Source: Hydrurus foetidus
Taxonomy: Eukaryota
Assembly: GCA_900617105.1 (NCBI GenBank)
Contig: UYFQ01000685.1
Coordinates: 1 to 64,000, forward strand
Reading direction: 5' to 3'
DNA length: 64,000 nucleotides
Below the pieces are notes generated by a model, which saw only the letters and a list, made by a program, of their open reading frames with translations, was not told where the DNA came from and ran no database searches. This document shows positions 37,019 through 52,200 of this stretch, in pieces. Position 1 is the stretch's first letter, and each line of letters starts with the position of its first letter. A program made the translations under genes and the position numbers.

Positions 37019-40000
37019 CTAGGCAGCCATGTCTCTCGAGCTGCTGCAGCTCTGTGGGGCTCGTGCTTGTGCGCCTTGAAAGTGAGGCGCAGAGGCGGTA
37101 AGGATAGTGTCTTTGTCAACAGCTGTGGATGAGATGGTTGACTCTGTCTCCGGTGATTTCCGCGTTTCTTGCTGCACAGATTCAGCAGTCATGTGGGACT
37201 GATCCTCCACACTCTGTCTGCACTTGAACTCTTCAAACACCTCATCACCCACAGCAGAGCGCAGAGATTTCAATAGAAAGGGAGTCACTTTGATGCCTCC
37301 AGCCAGCGCCTCTTCAAACCATTTAATAGCATCATTAGGTCGGTTGTACTTCTTGCAAGCCATCATCAAAATGGCGTACGTCAGGTCATCAGCTCTTGTG
37401 TGGTCGTTAGGGTTCCTCCAGTGGAGGTGTTCCAAGATGTACTTCCATTGACGGTAGCTCTCATTCATCACACTGGCGAGCAAGACTCTATTCAAAACAG
37501 AGGACGTCACTCGAAACCCCATTTCTTTATACCGCTTCACTGCGCTCAATATGCCTTTCATATCTCCAATTTTGCTGTACGTCAGCGTAAGGTAGTAGAA
37601 ACACCGTTCAGAGGGTAAGATCTTTCGAGCCTTGAAGATCGATAGTGTCTGTGAGTCGTGTGTGTTGAAGAGGCAAGTGTGGAGAGAAGTGAGTCATACA
37701 ATGCACGCGAAAGTGGTCTTCTATTACAGAGTAAAATCAAATAAGGCTAGTGTTATGGGCGCAGAGGGGTGGTACTCTAATGACTCACCCTCTCAGCATC
37801 TTCGGTGCTGCCGTGAGTGCAGTGCGCCTTCACAACTGCATCGAGGAGTTCCGTACCTAATAACGCGAAGATCACGCGGTGCAGTAAAGTTGAGATGACA
37901 TAGAGTATAAGATATCCCAAATGCAGAGATGAAAGATGTCTTGTGGCACGATACATGTCACTGAGAAGCAGTACAGTACAATTCGGCACTGCACAGTTCA
38001 GTATAGTACGTACTTGGAGGCAGTCCTTGGGCGAAGGCGCTCAGGAGAGCGTCTTCCGCAGACATGCTATTTCCCTCCTTCAGGAACTCTACGATGGAGT
38101 TGGTGAGTGACTCCGTGTTTATCGAGATGACCGGGCGCTCTGCATGTCTGAAAACACCCCCAGTGCTACTGTAGGTATCGCTAGTTGAAGATTGTGTGGC
38201 TCCGTAGATACGGTGCCTTCTGTACGTGCTGCCCTCCTTCTCATTCCCTTCTCCTTCTCCTTCTCCTTCTCTATCGGTGGAGTCTTCATTCCAGTTGTGT
38301 TTTGATCAGTTGCGCCCGGAGACATGTCGCTGTGTAGATCATTTAGTGTTGCTGATAGGAATGACGGTGATGGTATCGCGTCAGAGATGTGTGCGTTCGC
38401 AGTGGCTTGACAATCAGATGTGCCTTGGGATGACTCAGTGCTCCCTAGCTGCGATTGGTTATCTGCTGTGACTGCTGAGAGGAGTTTTGATTCGGTTGCA
38501 CCCTCTTCAAGTGCCGTGTAAGAGTGAGTAGAGACCGTCACAAAAGGTTCTGATAACGTCACAGCTGAGACGTTGAGAATGTCAGGTGATACATACTCTG
38601 TCATCACTGTCGCATCTCCAACCTCAGCTGCTGCATGCTCTTCAGCGAGTGAGATGATGGGCAAGATATCAGCATTAGATGAACACTCCGCATTATCAGT
38701 AGCTGTGACGGCTACAGACGTGGAGAGGCTATCCGAATTGTGAGCCTTTTCAAAGGTCCCATAGTGCATGACTGAAGAGCTGCTGTCTTGAACATTCGAG
38801 ATTTCTGTTACTACTGGTGACGACGTTTGTTGAATAGAACCTGTTGCCGTCACGTCCTTCTTTTTCTTCAAAGACTTTAAGATACGGGACGATGAAAGTT
38901 TTGCATTTGTGTCCCCATCGATAGCCACATTTGACAATGATACCCGATATTCATGGGGCAATTCACTGACATATTTTGTTGCCCTTTCATCCCCGATGCA
39001 TCGATAGAAAATGTCCCATAGACTGAAGCTCATAGGAACTCTACAGTTCTTCAGTAAATCGTCAAACCATATCACAGCATCCCTTGACCGTCCTGCCTTA
39101 ATGCAGGCAGCAAATATTTCCGCGTATGTTTCTCTGTCAGCCACAGCATTGCCGTTGACGAAGTGTTTCGTGATGGTTTCATTAAATTTGATCCAATCAA
39201 CTTCACCAGGAGTGTTCGTTATCAGCGTTAAGAGACAGTTCACTTTGTGGGTGTCCAGAGGGAGGCCCTCAACAAGGTGACCCTTCAAGATCTTCTCAAC
39301 GCCCACTGCATCGCCACTAGTAGCATATGCTTTCAGCAGCAGATTCATGGACTTCTCATTCGGCTCAATATTCGCGCTCTTCATGAACGAAAGCATCTAG
39401 AATTGTATGAGCGAGATGCATTACAATATATGTGTGAGGGAATGCATGACTGACAGGTATGGCGTCATTTGAAATGTGAAATACCTTCTCTGCCCCTACA
39501 GGATCTCCGCATCTAGCGAACGCAAGCATGACAGTGTTCATGAAAAGCTGATCTGTGCAACGGAATGTGAAGAGGGCGTGAGAATAACGGGTGTGACGTC
39601 ATAGGAATTAGGCGCGTTACAATGTGATCACTCTCGTCCATGTATGCGTCACACAACAGAATAAGGACTGAGGACACTCTGTTTAAATATCTGAAAATTG
39701 ATAAAGATACTCACTTGGTTTTAGTCCTGCTTCAAGCGTTGCTTGTAGGATGCGTTCAGCGCCAGAGCAGTCTAGTGCTCTGCCGTATGCCTCAGAGAGT
39801 AACATCATGGACTTCAAGTTCAGCTTGATTCCAGCGTCCTCACACTCGTACGCTACTCTCATGGCGTTAACAGGGTCCTTGCATATCGAGTACGCATGCA
39901 GAAGGTGATTGTAGTGGTTAACTTTCAAGGAATTGCCTCCCTTCTTCATTCGAGCAAATATCGCCTCGGCAGCAACGGTATCACCGCGCCGACAGCTGGC

Positions 40001-43000
40001 GTCTAGTTGTGATCTTCCTCTTGATGATTTATCGTCAGTCTTGCTCCTATCATGCTTCAGTGAGGTGTACTGTGCAAGAGGAGATTTCTCTCTACACAGG
40101 TGGGACGTCGGAATCACTGCGTAGGGTTCCATGTCCATGTCGCTATCGACAACGGCAACGTGTCGGTGCTGCCGCTCATCAACACTCTGTATCACTTGTC
40201 GGACATCAGATGGCAGCCTGCTCTTGCACTCTTCGAAAGCAGTGTCGCCCACAGTGCGGTGCAGCGTGTCCAGAGCGTTGGTAGTTACTTTCAGACCACT
40301 GTTCACAAGATGGTCGAACCATGTGACGGCGTCGTCAACCCTCCCATATTTCTCACATGCTGACAGGGCTAAGGAGTAAGTCCTCTTGTCAGCAGTGAAT
40401 TTGTCAGTGTCTGCGCTGTAGTGGTCCCAGTAGTTGTTCAGCACCTCTCCGTGCTGCAGATCAGGTGCTTTAACAATTGCAGATAGTATACTGTTTCTCA
40501 TAGCAACAGTTGGTAAGTGCCCTTGTAACTCGTGCTTGGAGAGAGCTGAAAGAGCACCGTTAACATCGCCTGAATTGCCGTACGCCATCAGTAGGTGATG
40601 TACTGCTTGGTCTCTAGAGGTCACATCAGCTCCCAGCTGGGTTATCGCTGTCATTATCTACATTAAGTTTGAGATTCGTCAGTAATAAACACGTAATCAG
40701 GGCTAGATGGTCATATAAATGCGAGACTTCTATGTCAAACCTTCTCAGCTCCCACAGCGTCTCCAGAGATTGCATGGGCACGGAGAATTTGCAATGAGAA
40801 GGTCATGTCTGTGATGTACAAGGAGGAGACGGATTACGATGAGACTTAGGAGGAAATAACTTTTCTGCTGGGGATATTGATGTTGCTTCGCATCTATAGT
40901 CCATGCACGTGTACTCCTCATGCGTCACTCACCTGTCGCGTGACCGGACATAAGAGCCTCTAGCACGACTTTCTCTGCACCCGCGCCATCCCCGTCGTTG
41001 GAATATGAATGGATTAAGTGCTGATATGATCTCCTGCTCACATCTACATTCGCTACTTTCATGTTATTTACGACTTCCTGTGCGCCCTTTGTATCTAGTG
41101 CCTTCATATGCGCATACACGAGATGTTCAAACAGTAAGGATTTCGGAATGGAGCCTTCAGGTTGCAGTGTATCAATCAGAGATTGTACACCCGCTACATC
41201 TCCTCTGCGTCCCAGATCCTTCAGTTTGTCAATTGAGGCTGTCCATTTCTTCTTTATTCTGGGTATTGCGACAGCTGCCTTCGGTCTATGTAATACATGT
41301 TCTCTTGACAAGATATTCTTTGCAACTTCTGTTTTCATAGCATTTGCAGTGACCTCGATAGGAGTCACTTGTCCAACACTCTGTACCACTTGTCGGACAT
41401 CAGATGGCAGCTTGCTCTTGCACTCTTCGAAAGCCGCGTCGCCCACAGTGCGGTGCAGCGTGTCCAGAGCGAAGGTAGTGACTTTCAGACCACTGCTCAC
41501 AAGATGGTCGAACCACGTGACGGCATCATCAGCTCTCCCATATTTCTCACACGCTGATAAGGCTAGTTGATACGTTGCGATGTCGGCTGTATGTAGGCCA
41601 GTCCAGTAGGATTCGAAACAACTTGATAGGACAGTTTCGTACTGTAACTCAGGTGCTCTAACAATTGCAGATAGTATGCTGTTCCGCATAGCAACAGTTG
41701 GTGTGTACCCTTCTGACTCAAACTTCAAGAGAGTTGAAACAGCGCCATCAACATTGTCTGAGTTGGTATGGGCTGCAAACAGCAGGTGCCTTGATTGAGT
41801 CGTCATGACCATTCGATTCTCCTCCATTGCCGCTAGCGCCTACAGAAAGAAGAGCACAACAATGTTATGATCTATTTCTGATGTGCATTTGATAGAGCAC
41901 ACTATGCCAGAGAGAGGTATATAAATCTCACCTTCTCAGCGCCAGTGACGTTGCCTGATCTGCTGTGGGCTCTGAGAACTTCGTTCAGTAGGGGTTCTGT
42001 CACAATCAATCAATAGTAAAAAAGATTTACATCGACTATCAACACGAAATGGGAGGTCGTGTCTCGTACGTACCTATTGCGTGACCTGACATCACTGACT
42101 CTGACATCACTCTCTCTGCACCCGCACCATCTGCGTCATTGGAGTACGATCGTATTAAGTGCAGATATGACTTCCTGCTCACATCTACATTCAGTAGCTT
42201 CATGCTATTAACGACTTCCTGTGCGCCCTTTGTATCTAGTGCCTTCATATGCGCATACACGAGATGTTCAAGCAGCACAGATGTCGGAATTGAGCCTTCA
42301 GCTTGACGATTCCTAATAAGAGATTGCGTACCCGCAACGTCACCCCTCTCCGCCACGTCATTCAGTTCAAGCATACTGGGGTCTCTAATGACATAACTCT
42401 TTACATCGCTTTTGTTTCGGAAACCTTCATCACGGTGATGTATGTTACGCGATCTTGATGTCGTATTGCGACTCACTGTTTGATTGTCAGGGCGTGAGGA
42501 CCGCGTGTGTGCTGATGTTGGACTTACGTGCTTTGGTTGATATGTCGTCACCTGTATGTCTATTTCGCTCATGACTTGCTGGTAGTCTGGATGAAGTTTA
42601 GCAGTGTACTCTTTGAATGTCTCTTCTCCAATACAGCGCGATAGACAGTCTCTCATTCCTGGTGTTATCTGCATACCCACAGACAGCAGCTCGTTGAACC
42701 AAATCACAGCTTGTTCTGGATGATTATAATTCTCACAAGCATTTAAGAGCTGAGTGTAAGTCTCCGTATCTGCCACAAATTTCTGGAATCCGAAGTACTC
42801 TGAGTAACAAAAATTAATGGCTTCCCAGTCAAGATCATGATCTCCAACACTGTTCACGATGGACTTCAATATGATGTTTATGGTGTCAGACGTTGCCGAG
42901 AATCCCATCGAAAGCATTCTTTCAAACACCTTTTCTGCACCTACTGTATCTCCCACATTCGCATAAGCCGTCAGCACTAAGTGCATCACTTTCTTGTTCG

Positions 43001-45176
43001 GTAGAATGTTCAAGTCTTGAAGCGCAGACAATGTCTACACGAACAAAATATTAATGTAGTAATGTAATAAGTATGACTGCAATAATGTATCAAATATGAG
43101 TGCAATAATATAATAACTATGAGAACAATAGTACATTAAATATGGGATAGAAATCAGATCTGAAATTTCTGAGGGGTAAAACAGCAACTCACCATTTCTG
43201 CTTTTTCCGGCTGCCCAGCTACACTGTACGCCCGTATGATTTCAGTCATGAAGTACAGATCTGCAGTATTAATTGATGAGAAAAGTTACTCCAAATATAT
43301 TAGATTCAACATATTGGAATTGTCATACTTGCAATATCTGCAAGAAACTATATCATATCTAATATAAGTCATTCAAAGAATTTGCCAGTGTAACCCTTGC
43401 CTGGATGGTATCCCATGTTTGTTGCAATCCGCAATACTTCTTCCGCGCCTTCAGGGTTGCCGCCATTGGCATATGCGCCTATCAAAAGACGCATAGTGCT
43501 GATGTTGCGACGTACGTGATATTTTCCGTATTGATTGACTGTGTCTTGAGCCCCTTTATAGTCTCCGCGTCTGGAATACGCTGTTGTGAGGGTGTTCAAC
43601 ATTTCGACGTCACACGGATGATTGGCACTCCTCATATCATCCATGATATTCCTAACACTGGCCACATCTCCTTCACGGGCATAATACCGAATTAGCTCAG
43701 AGTACTCCCCATTATCCCTCATGGCATCCAATACTTTCTGGCGCTTCGGATTTCTCCTCAACAGTGCCATAGAAGATTCTACTCTCGGCTCTACTCCGAA
43801 CACTTTCCTAAAGTTCAGCGATTTGTCCACGGTATCGAATATCTTCAGTCGAGTCTTTTCAGTGGGTATGTAAACCTTAGGAAATCTAGTCGATTCTCTG
43901 TCGTAGATTTCGGGGCCAACAACGTTACGAAATGCCTCTTTTGTCGCTTCAGTCAGTAGTATTCCACGGTTGAGCATTTCGTCAATAATCATAACTGCAT
44001 CGTCAGCACGACTGTCCTTCAAGCACGCTTTCAGAAGAAGAGTGTACGTGCTTCCATCTGGTCCTACTCCATTGGCTTGAAATATTGATGAGTATGTTTT
44101 CATGAACTCGGACCAGTCATCAATAGCTGGAGAGTTTATCACTGATTTCAGGACCGTGTTCATCACAGAAGTAGATGGTGCGTAGCCCTTTTCAAAGTAC
44201 TCAGAAAGTACTTCTTGAACTCCATCGAGGTCATCAGCATTTGCACGAGCAATCATGAGGAGATGCAAGGAATTATCTGTAGGCTCTATAGACAACTCCT
44301 TCATCGTCGCTATAATCTTCAGAAGAAAAATGCAATAAAATATCGTGAATTTGATGCACTGAGTGATGATATGAAGAAATCATCATCATTAGAATAGTAC
44401 CTCCTTTGCGCGAGCTGCGTTGCCTGCCATAGCGTGTGCCCTCAGCAGCTCGTTCAAAAGACGATATTCTGAAGCAATGTTGGTTAAGTAAGAAAGTTGC
44501 GAGGGTGGAGTGCAAGAATGAATGGATACGACGATTTTCTTCAGTACAGCATGCAGGGTGTAGAAAGGAAACAGAAACTTCAGTGCAATGTCTTACCTGG
44601 CACAATGCCAGTCGCGATGGCATCTCTAACGACTTTCTCCGCTCCATCAGCATCACCAGAGTTTGCAAACGCCCTTAACAAAGCAGTTAGAATCCTGTTC
44701 GAGATTGTCAAACCACAGAGTCTAGCCTCATCAAGTGCTTGTTGGGCCCCGAGTGTGTCTTTTCTTTTTGCAAAAGCGGCTACCAAAAAGCTATATGTTG
44801 TCTCTGTTGGGGCGATTCCTTTGAGTCTCATTTCGATCATAAGATTCTCTATTTTCTTGACGTCACCACTGCGGCTCAAATGCGCGAGCGCAGAGCGATA
44901 CCGTTTAATCAGAATGTCTTTTGACTTCGCCTCAATAAGAGCATTGACATCAGGTCTGTAAGTGTTATCAGTTGTTAATTCAGCAGTACCAGTAGAGTGA
45001 CTTGAACAGAACTTTGAGTTTGCCGCGACCAACTTTTGATCATGATGTAACGATACACTACTTCGGCAAAGAGTTGAGTAGTTTGGAGCCCCAAAAGGTC
45101 TCCGTTGTCTCTGGAGAAGACATGACCTTCTTACACTGTCCCTGCGCAGGAGATGACACAGCAGCTTTGTTAGCAT
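37019..45176 (-). CDS. Very large pentatricopeptide-repeat (PPR) protein (~2200 aa, ~14 exons), probable mitochondrial presequence
   Basis: Many PPR-like motifs (TYSFLVAAFAKRKDTLGAQQAL, TYTLLLKACLKDSRADDAVMII, HYNHLLHAYS). Long exons alternate with ~70-nt mini-exons joined by GT-AG introns. N-terminus is Arg/Ser/Leu-rich and acid-poor. Confidence 0.85.
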
Positions 45177-45814
45177 TTCCACGCGACGGTGCTAGCACCA
45201 GCGAGGTTACTGTGACCTTCACTACGCACTACGATAGTTCGTTTGTTTACTCCTCTGTCATTTCATGACAATGTCGTAGTTTTGGTCATAATATCACAGT
45301 ACACAGTTATGGCGACGCTGAGCTAGACCGCAGTGAGACAGCAGAGCAGTATGTTCTGGGTTCTGACGTCCTTGGAAATGCGGTTCCCAAGCATTTTTGT
45401 ACGCGTGTGTGCGTCACCATGTACGTACCCTACAGTACGTACAATCTGTACAGTACCGCATACCGCACAGCAGGATGAAACTGCAGCTAGTACTTTAAGT
45501 ACTATAGTGACCCTTCAGCGCTCGAGGTTTTCATGGATAGTTCAGTAAGACGGGAGACGATCGACAAGGATAGGGTCATTAAAGCATAACTCATTACTTG
45601 GTGATTTTGGAGTGGAATTTGGAAGTCTTGTAAATTAAACAGATACAAACGCAGACGTACGTCTTTAGAATCGCAATTTACACGAGATATCACGGGGAAA
45701 GGGTTTGCAAAGTCTTGTCAATTACGAGAGCCTATGCATTTTCCGACACGCAAGCACCCTATAATGAAGCACACAGATAGGTCCAGGTGTAGACTGCCGT
45801 ACCAGAATGTCGTA

Positions 45815-46044
45815 CCAGAAAGGGAGTATGGGACACAACACCCCGCACTGAATATAATCATAGACTTGGCTAAAAGAATATCGAATAACCGGGCAAATTG
45901 TATGTGAGGCAGGTCAGTGTCAGGTTTTAACCAACATCATGCAAATTTGCTCCGATTTGATCCTATTCGCTAACTTCAATCCATAGAACCAAATCGATAA
46001 TGATATTTTGTATGGGGTGTAGGGTCCCGATACTCCCTTTCTGG
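45815..46044. mobile_element. MITE (~230 bp) with TA TSD
   Basis: TIRs CCAGAAAGGGAGTAT(C)GGGAC...ACACCCC at both ends, flanked by TA. Internal segments GGGCAAATTGTAT and ATTTGCTCCGATTT recur at ~13800-13900. Confidence 0.75.
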
Positions 46045-46236
46045 TAACAGGTATACTTTCTCCTTATACGGATTTCTCGTAAGCAACGAATTTTTTGAAA
46101 GGATGGCACTATCTATACAAATTGAACTTTACTTACATGATCGATCGATCTTATATCATCAGCTGGGATTCCAAACTACTCTAAACTAAAATTAAATAAA
46201 ACATAACATAACGTACGATTTTGTCAGATATACTTT

Positions 46237-49200
46237 TCATGCACGCCAGCCATATGCTTTTTCACCGCCTTTCTTCGACCTCTTCAATAGTCTGCCCCCT
46301 GTGAACTTCCCTGTTGTGTGGGACGCTTCGAAAGGAAGCAGAGGGGACCGGAGACCAACACTAGTTCCCTCGGGGGCTGTGATTTTTATCTTGCAGATAC
46401 CAGGACCTGAAGTAGAAAAAATGAGGAGAAAGGAGAAAAATTAATGAAATCAGAGCAATACTAAAATAGTGAATGGATGGATGGTTGAATGAATGAATGA
46501 ATAAATAAGTAATCGTTCCAGCCTTGATGCTGTAAGTTTGACAGTATCAAGGTGTCAAGTCAAGTCGAGACCTGCACTTACCTGTGATCGAAATCCATCC
46601 CAGCCCTGCTATAACCACATCGGTGCTTGCCTTGCGCCACTCATCACCCTCCACCTAACAGGTGATGCGCACGTGATAATCAGAGTAGAATAGTCTAAAA
46701 TACAACATAATAGTGTAGTGCAGTATAGGACAGAGTAGAGTAGAATGGAATCGTGTAGAGTAGAATAGAACGGAATAGAATAAATTAGAATAGAATAGAA
46801 TAGAATAGAAAGGAATAGAAAGGAATAGAATAGAAAGGAATAGAATAGAATAAATTAGAATAGAATAAAATAGAAAGGAATAGAATAGTATAGTATAAAA
46901 CACAACATAATAGTGTAGTGTAGTATAGGAAGGAATAGAATAGAATAGAATAGAAAGGAATAGAATAGTATAGTATAAAACACAACATAATAGTGTAGTG
47001 TAGTATAGGAAGGAATAGAATAGGAAGGAATAGAATAGAATAGTATAAAACACAACATAATAGTGTAGTATAGGAAGGAATAGAATAGAAAGGAATAGAA
47101 TAAATTAGAATAGAAAGGAGAGGAGTTAAGTAGTCATTTCTTTCTGTCGTCTTCACCAAATGAAATAAAATAAAATAAAATATACAATTAATAATATGTA
47201 ATAATTTAACATGACATAGATGAGACGAGTTATGACGAGATTAAATATGATAATATGTGACAATATACAATAAAATTAGACAAATATGATAATATGTGAC
47301 AACATACAATAAAATTAGACAAATATGATAATATGTGACAACATACAATAAAATTAGACAAATATGATAATATGTGACAATATACAATAAAATTAGACAA
47401 ATATGATAATATGTGACAACATACAATAAAATTAGACAAATATGATAGTATGTGACAACATACAATAAAATTAGACAAATATGATAGTATGTGACAACAT
47501 ACAATAAAATTAGACAAATATGATAGTATGTGACAACATACAATAAAATTAGACAAAATCCTCACTTGCAGACATAATATCTACAATATCTCCTATACTA
47601 TACCATACTATACTAATACAACTCTTGCTAGAAAAGAGAAGAAATATACCTCAAAGAAACTGTCTTTGAATGGACCTAATTTTTCGTATCTTTCTTGCGT
47701 CATAGGAGGGGTGAGCAATCCACCAACGTGTCTTGAAATGAATTCTTGGGCTCTCAGAGCATCGGTTGGGTGTAACTTAACTTCGTTGGAAATGAAGAAT
47801 GTGAAGAAAAATGGTTTGCCCTGTATTATTAAAAGAAATAGAAGGGAAATAATTATGGTGTATTAGTCTTTCATTGTTGTGTTTTGTTGTGTTGTGTTGT
47901 GTTGTGTTGTTTTGTGTTGTGTTCTGTTCTCATATTTTTTTGAATTGACATAAAATTTCGGAGCGGGTTTAACTATCCACATGAAGAAGACTGTGAGGCA
48001 GAAACAATATTTTCTGAGATGACGAAATCACGTAGAAGTAGACAAGAGACCCTTCATCATGCCACTGAAATATGGCTCACTGATCGTTGGATGAAGATGT
48101 TGTGTCAAGTTTTCACACATGACGCTTCAACAGCACTACCAACAACAAACAACAAATAATAGTGTAACAAAGAATGCTCTCTCAAGCTGACCTCTTGATG
48201 TTCGACAATCGCCAGACCTCCGATCAACACGCACTTGCCTTCACTCACTCTCAGGGTCACGGCATTTATCGGCTTGTTCGGTATGACCTGGCCGTAAGAA
48301 TAGTTATCCATGACGTCATCATTATTATTCAGTGAAAAAAACAAAAACAAGAATGAGAGTAAAGATAAAAATATGAATAAAAAGAGTTGCACTGAAGAGT
48401 GTTGAGCTAAAAATAAGAAGATGAAATTAAAGTAAATATATCGATGAGTACATCTATGAATACGTGAGTAAGTACGTGAGTAGGACATTAACGAGTATGT
48501 CAGTGAGTCATTAATGAGTACGTCACAAAGTGCATCACTAGTACGTCAATAACTGCACCCACCTGTTTCAATTCCTCAGTGTTAAGTCTCGAAGTCAGCT
48601 GCCCCCTATTGATGAGTCCTGGGGTGTCTATCATGGTCACCCCATTTGGCAACTTAATCTTCAAGAAGTTTAGAGTGGTGCCGGGAAGATTCGAGACGGT
48701 AGCTTGTGGGCTCTGATCTTTGCTGTTTCTTCCTCTGTTCTGTTTGTTGTGTGCTCCGGCTACTCCCTTTTTATAGTCCGATTCCAACAGGCGGTTGATG
48801 AACGAAGATTTACCAACATTGGCAGCGCCCATTACGTATACCTATCAAAGGGGAAAATAATGAAAATTTAAAATTGATTAAAAATGATTAAAAAATAATC
48901 AAATGTTATTAGAAAAAATGGTAAAAAAATTGTGGAAATGTAGAACAGTAATAAAATCAAAAATTAGATGAGATAAAACTGAAATGAAGAAAATTAAAAA
49001 GCTGAAGGCGACAGCTGCTGCGGCTAATAATTAGATATGATGTATCGAGTGAAGTGACAGTCAAATAGAGAGAGAAGTGTTCGAACCACAGATGGAACAA
49101 CATGAATGGACAAAATGACCGAAGTCGAATCAAATGTACTGTTTTTGAAAACTGTTTTCACCCATTTTCTGCACCACATAGATTGGACAGCGTGCAGTGA

Positions 49201-52200
49201 CGGTGAATTTTAGTGTACAAAAGACAAAAAGTGGTGCAAAAAGTGTACGAAATCGGGTTTGCAAAAACACTCCAATATTAATAGCGGGCCAAAATACACA
49301 GGCCAAAGATAATAAAGGCATTTCCACAGTGCACAAAATTGAACCACTGCAAAATAGACGGTATCACTGCAACAGCAATATATAGAATACATAACATACC
49401 TTGTTGCCATTGTCAGCCGCCAAGCCCATCAAGCTCTTCATCAATTCGGTCATGCCAGCGCCAGACTGACAACTCACAAGATGCACATTAGACCGTCTCA
49501 GCAAGCCCTCATCTTCTCCTTTCTCCGGTCTATACCACCCCTTCGCTACCATTTCTTGTCTCTTCATATCTTCCGCCTCTCGAGGACTTCTTAAGTCACA
49601 GAACTCCTTCACTTCAGTGTGAATCCAAGAAGTAAGTCTTGCAGAAGAGACGTCTTTAGGAAGGAGATCCACCTTATTAGCAGCGATAACTATTGGATTA
49701 GTCCCGGCTATTTGTTTCAAATTGGGGAGGAGCGACCCTTTCAAGTCGAACACATCTACGATGCACAGCACCACTGTCTCCGTCTCTCTGATGCATTCTA
49801 AGAGCGTCTCAAATCTCTCAGGTGTGAGTAACTCATGGTCTGACCACCCTGGACGGAGACTCTCCTCCACACTCCCGTATTGCTGCAACTTGAAGCATCT
49901 CTGACAAATGCAGATGGAGTCATCTTCAATGGACTTCTCAAAATCGCTAACTGTCATGGCAGCTTCTCTCTCTCCCTCCTTCTCCACCAACAGTCCAAAA
50001 GCCCTCTCACCAGTCGTGTCCTCGAACTTCTTCTTCTCAAAAATCATAGCATTGTACTTAGCATCCCTCTCCATTTGTAATCTCTTCGAATTCCTCCTAT
50101 TCGTCTCTACGGGCTGAACGACAGTATTCTCAAAACTGAAGGACGACTTCTTACCCCCCAATTCAGCGTCAATGTCGTTGAAATACATTTTCGTGCTACT
50201 GCTAAGCTCTCTAGCTGCTGTACTCGGAGTGTCAAATTCGGACTCTTTATTATCCAATCCTGCCGCTATGCTTCCCTTTAGGGCTGCAATAACAGATCCG
50301 TCTGGGCTCTTTTCAGCGGAACTCATCAGGTCTTCCAGATCGATGTCGAGTGACTCTGAGTCGTCTTCTTCATCGAGATATTCGTCATCTGGTAGTTGTA
50401 TTCGTGTTGTTGTCAACATGTGGATTGGTTTGTTGTGGAGTATTATCGAAGTAGAAAGAAGAGGAGAAGAGATCGAGATGAGAATGGAAGAGAATAGTAT
50501 AGTATAGAATAACAAAAAAAATAAAAACCACGATGTATCAAGACTGACAGTTATGCTGGCAGGAGAGAAACACGCAGTCTACGAACTTGTAAAAATGCGG
50601 ATTTATAATCCATATCTCCCAAGACTTTTCATATCTGGCAATATCATTCAGTCTGAAAATCCTACAGGATTTCCCGCACTCATGTGTTGAATATAAAACT
50701 ACAGCTTAATGCGACACTGTACCGTCATCATCTTCGTCATCTTCTCCTGATTCTGCTTTGTCCCTTGCTATTTCGTAAGCACTTCTGCCAGATCTGCCAG
50801 CCATTTTCTTTTTCATTTCAAGTTCTCGCTGAAGAATATGTGGAGAAAAAGAGAAGAAAAAGAGAAGAAAAGAAGAAAAAAAGGTAAGAGTAGAAAAGAG
50901 ACGAGAAGAGAAGATGTGTAAGAACAGCAAATGTGGTTCATAGGAAACCATCTGGCGATAAATGCAGTGCGTACACAGCTCTCCACACGGTGACTCTACA
51001 TTGCTTTGAATTTTCTCCTCTACGCTGCTTGTATTCTATACTGCTTACATTCCATCTTTATGAGATTCACAATACAATCTCATCTCATCTCATCTCATCT
51101 CATCTCATGTCATCTCATCTCATCTCATGTCATGTCATCTCATCTCACGTCATCTCATGTCATGTCACTCTATCTCATCTCATTCATGTCATGTCATCTC
51201 ATCTACGCTGCTTCATTCTACATAGCTTACATTCAATCTTTATGTCATCTCATGTCAATCATCTCATCTCATCTCATCTCATCTCATCTCATCTCATCTC
51301 ATCTCATCTCATCTCATCTAAGGTTTGACTTGACAGCAGTATATCTGTTTATTTATTTATACACACAGCCACACGATTTAGATGTGAAGAAAGGAAGTCT
51401 GCACCTGATCGATGACTGATTGTCCTCTAGTAAGAGCTCGTACGCCTGCGATGACGTCATCGGAAACATTGGCGCCTCTCAGAATCTCCTCTGCAGCTTC
51501 ACTGTCCACCTAATCAATGTAAAGTATATTAAACTACATCGAATTGATTTAAGTTAGTTAAATTTAACAGTTTGACAACACTGTTATGGATTGAAGTAAT
51601 GCAAAGCCATTTACTCTATAAATCAGGATTTTGTTAGTTCAGATTGAAATTGATTTGAGTTGAGATTGAAGAGGAGACACTCTGTCGTGAAAGTGTCTCA
51701 CAGTTTGCAGCGTTTTGATTCTGTAAATGCTAAAAAAAGCACAAAAATTGTACGGAAGAAAATCATCGAACGAATAAGTAAAGCTTACCTGAATACCAGC
51801 CAACTCCAGAATCTTGATAGCTTCTTGTTTATCTCTGATCTTTTGGGCCTTGACTAGATGTACTTTGATCTTTTCTTTCGACAGATAACCTGGAGTGTCT
51901 GTTGATTTCGACTGGAAAGGAGTTCCGCATCCAGAACAAACGTAAGGATTTAGCTCTAGGAATCCCTTCACTTTCGCTGCATCTCGAGTTTCAACTGCTA
52001 GGTAGTCTTGAAGTTTGGTTTTTGCTGCCGACTTGTCATTTGCTGCTGCTTTTCCCTTCGGATTAACACCTCTCTTCTTCTGCCCTGACTGCTCATCTTC
52101 TTCCGCAGCAAGAGCAGCTAGGACTTCAGCCTCGATGCCCATCACTCTGTTTAGATCCTGTGCATCTTTGTCTGACAGCTTCTTTGATACCCATCTTTCT

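Noticed and set aside
46655..47565. Tyr/Ile/Leu/Phe-rich ORFs
   Set aside because: Translations of intronic micro- and minisatellites.
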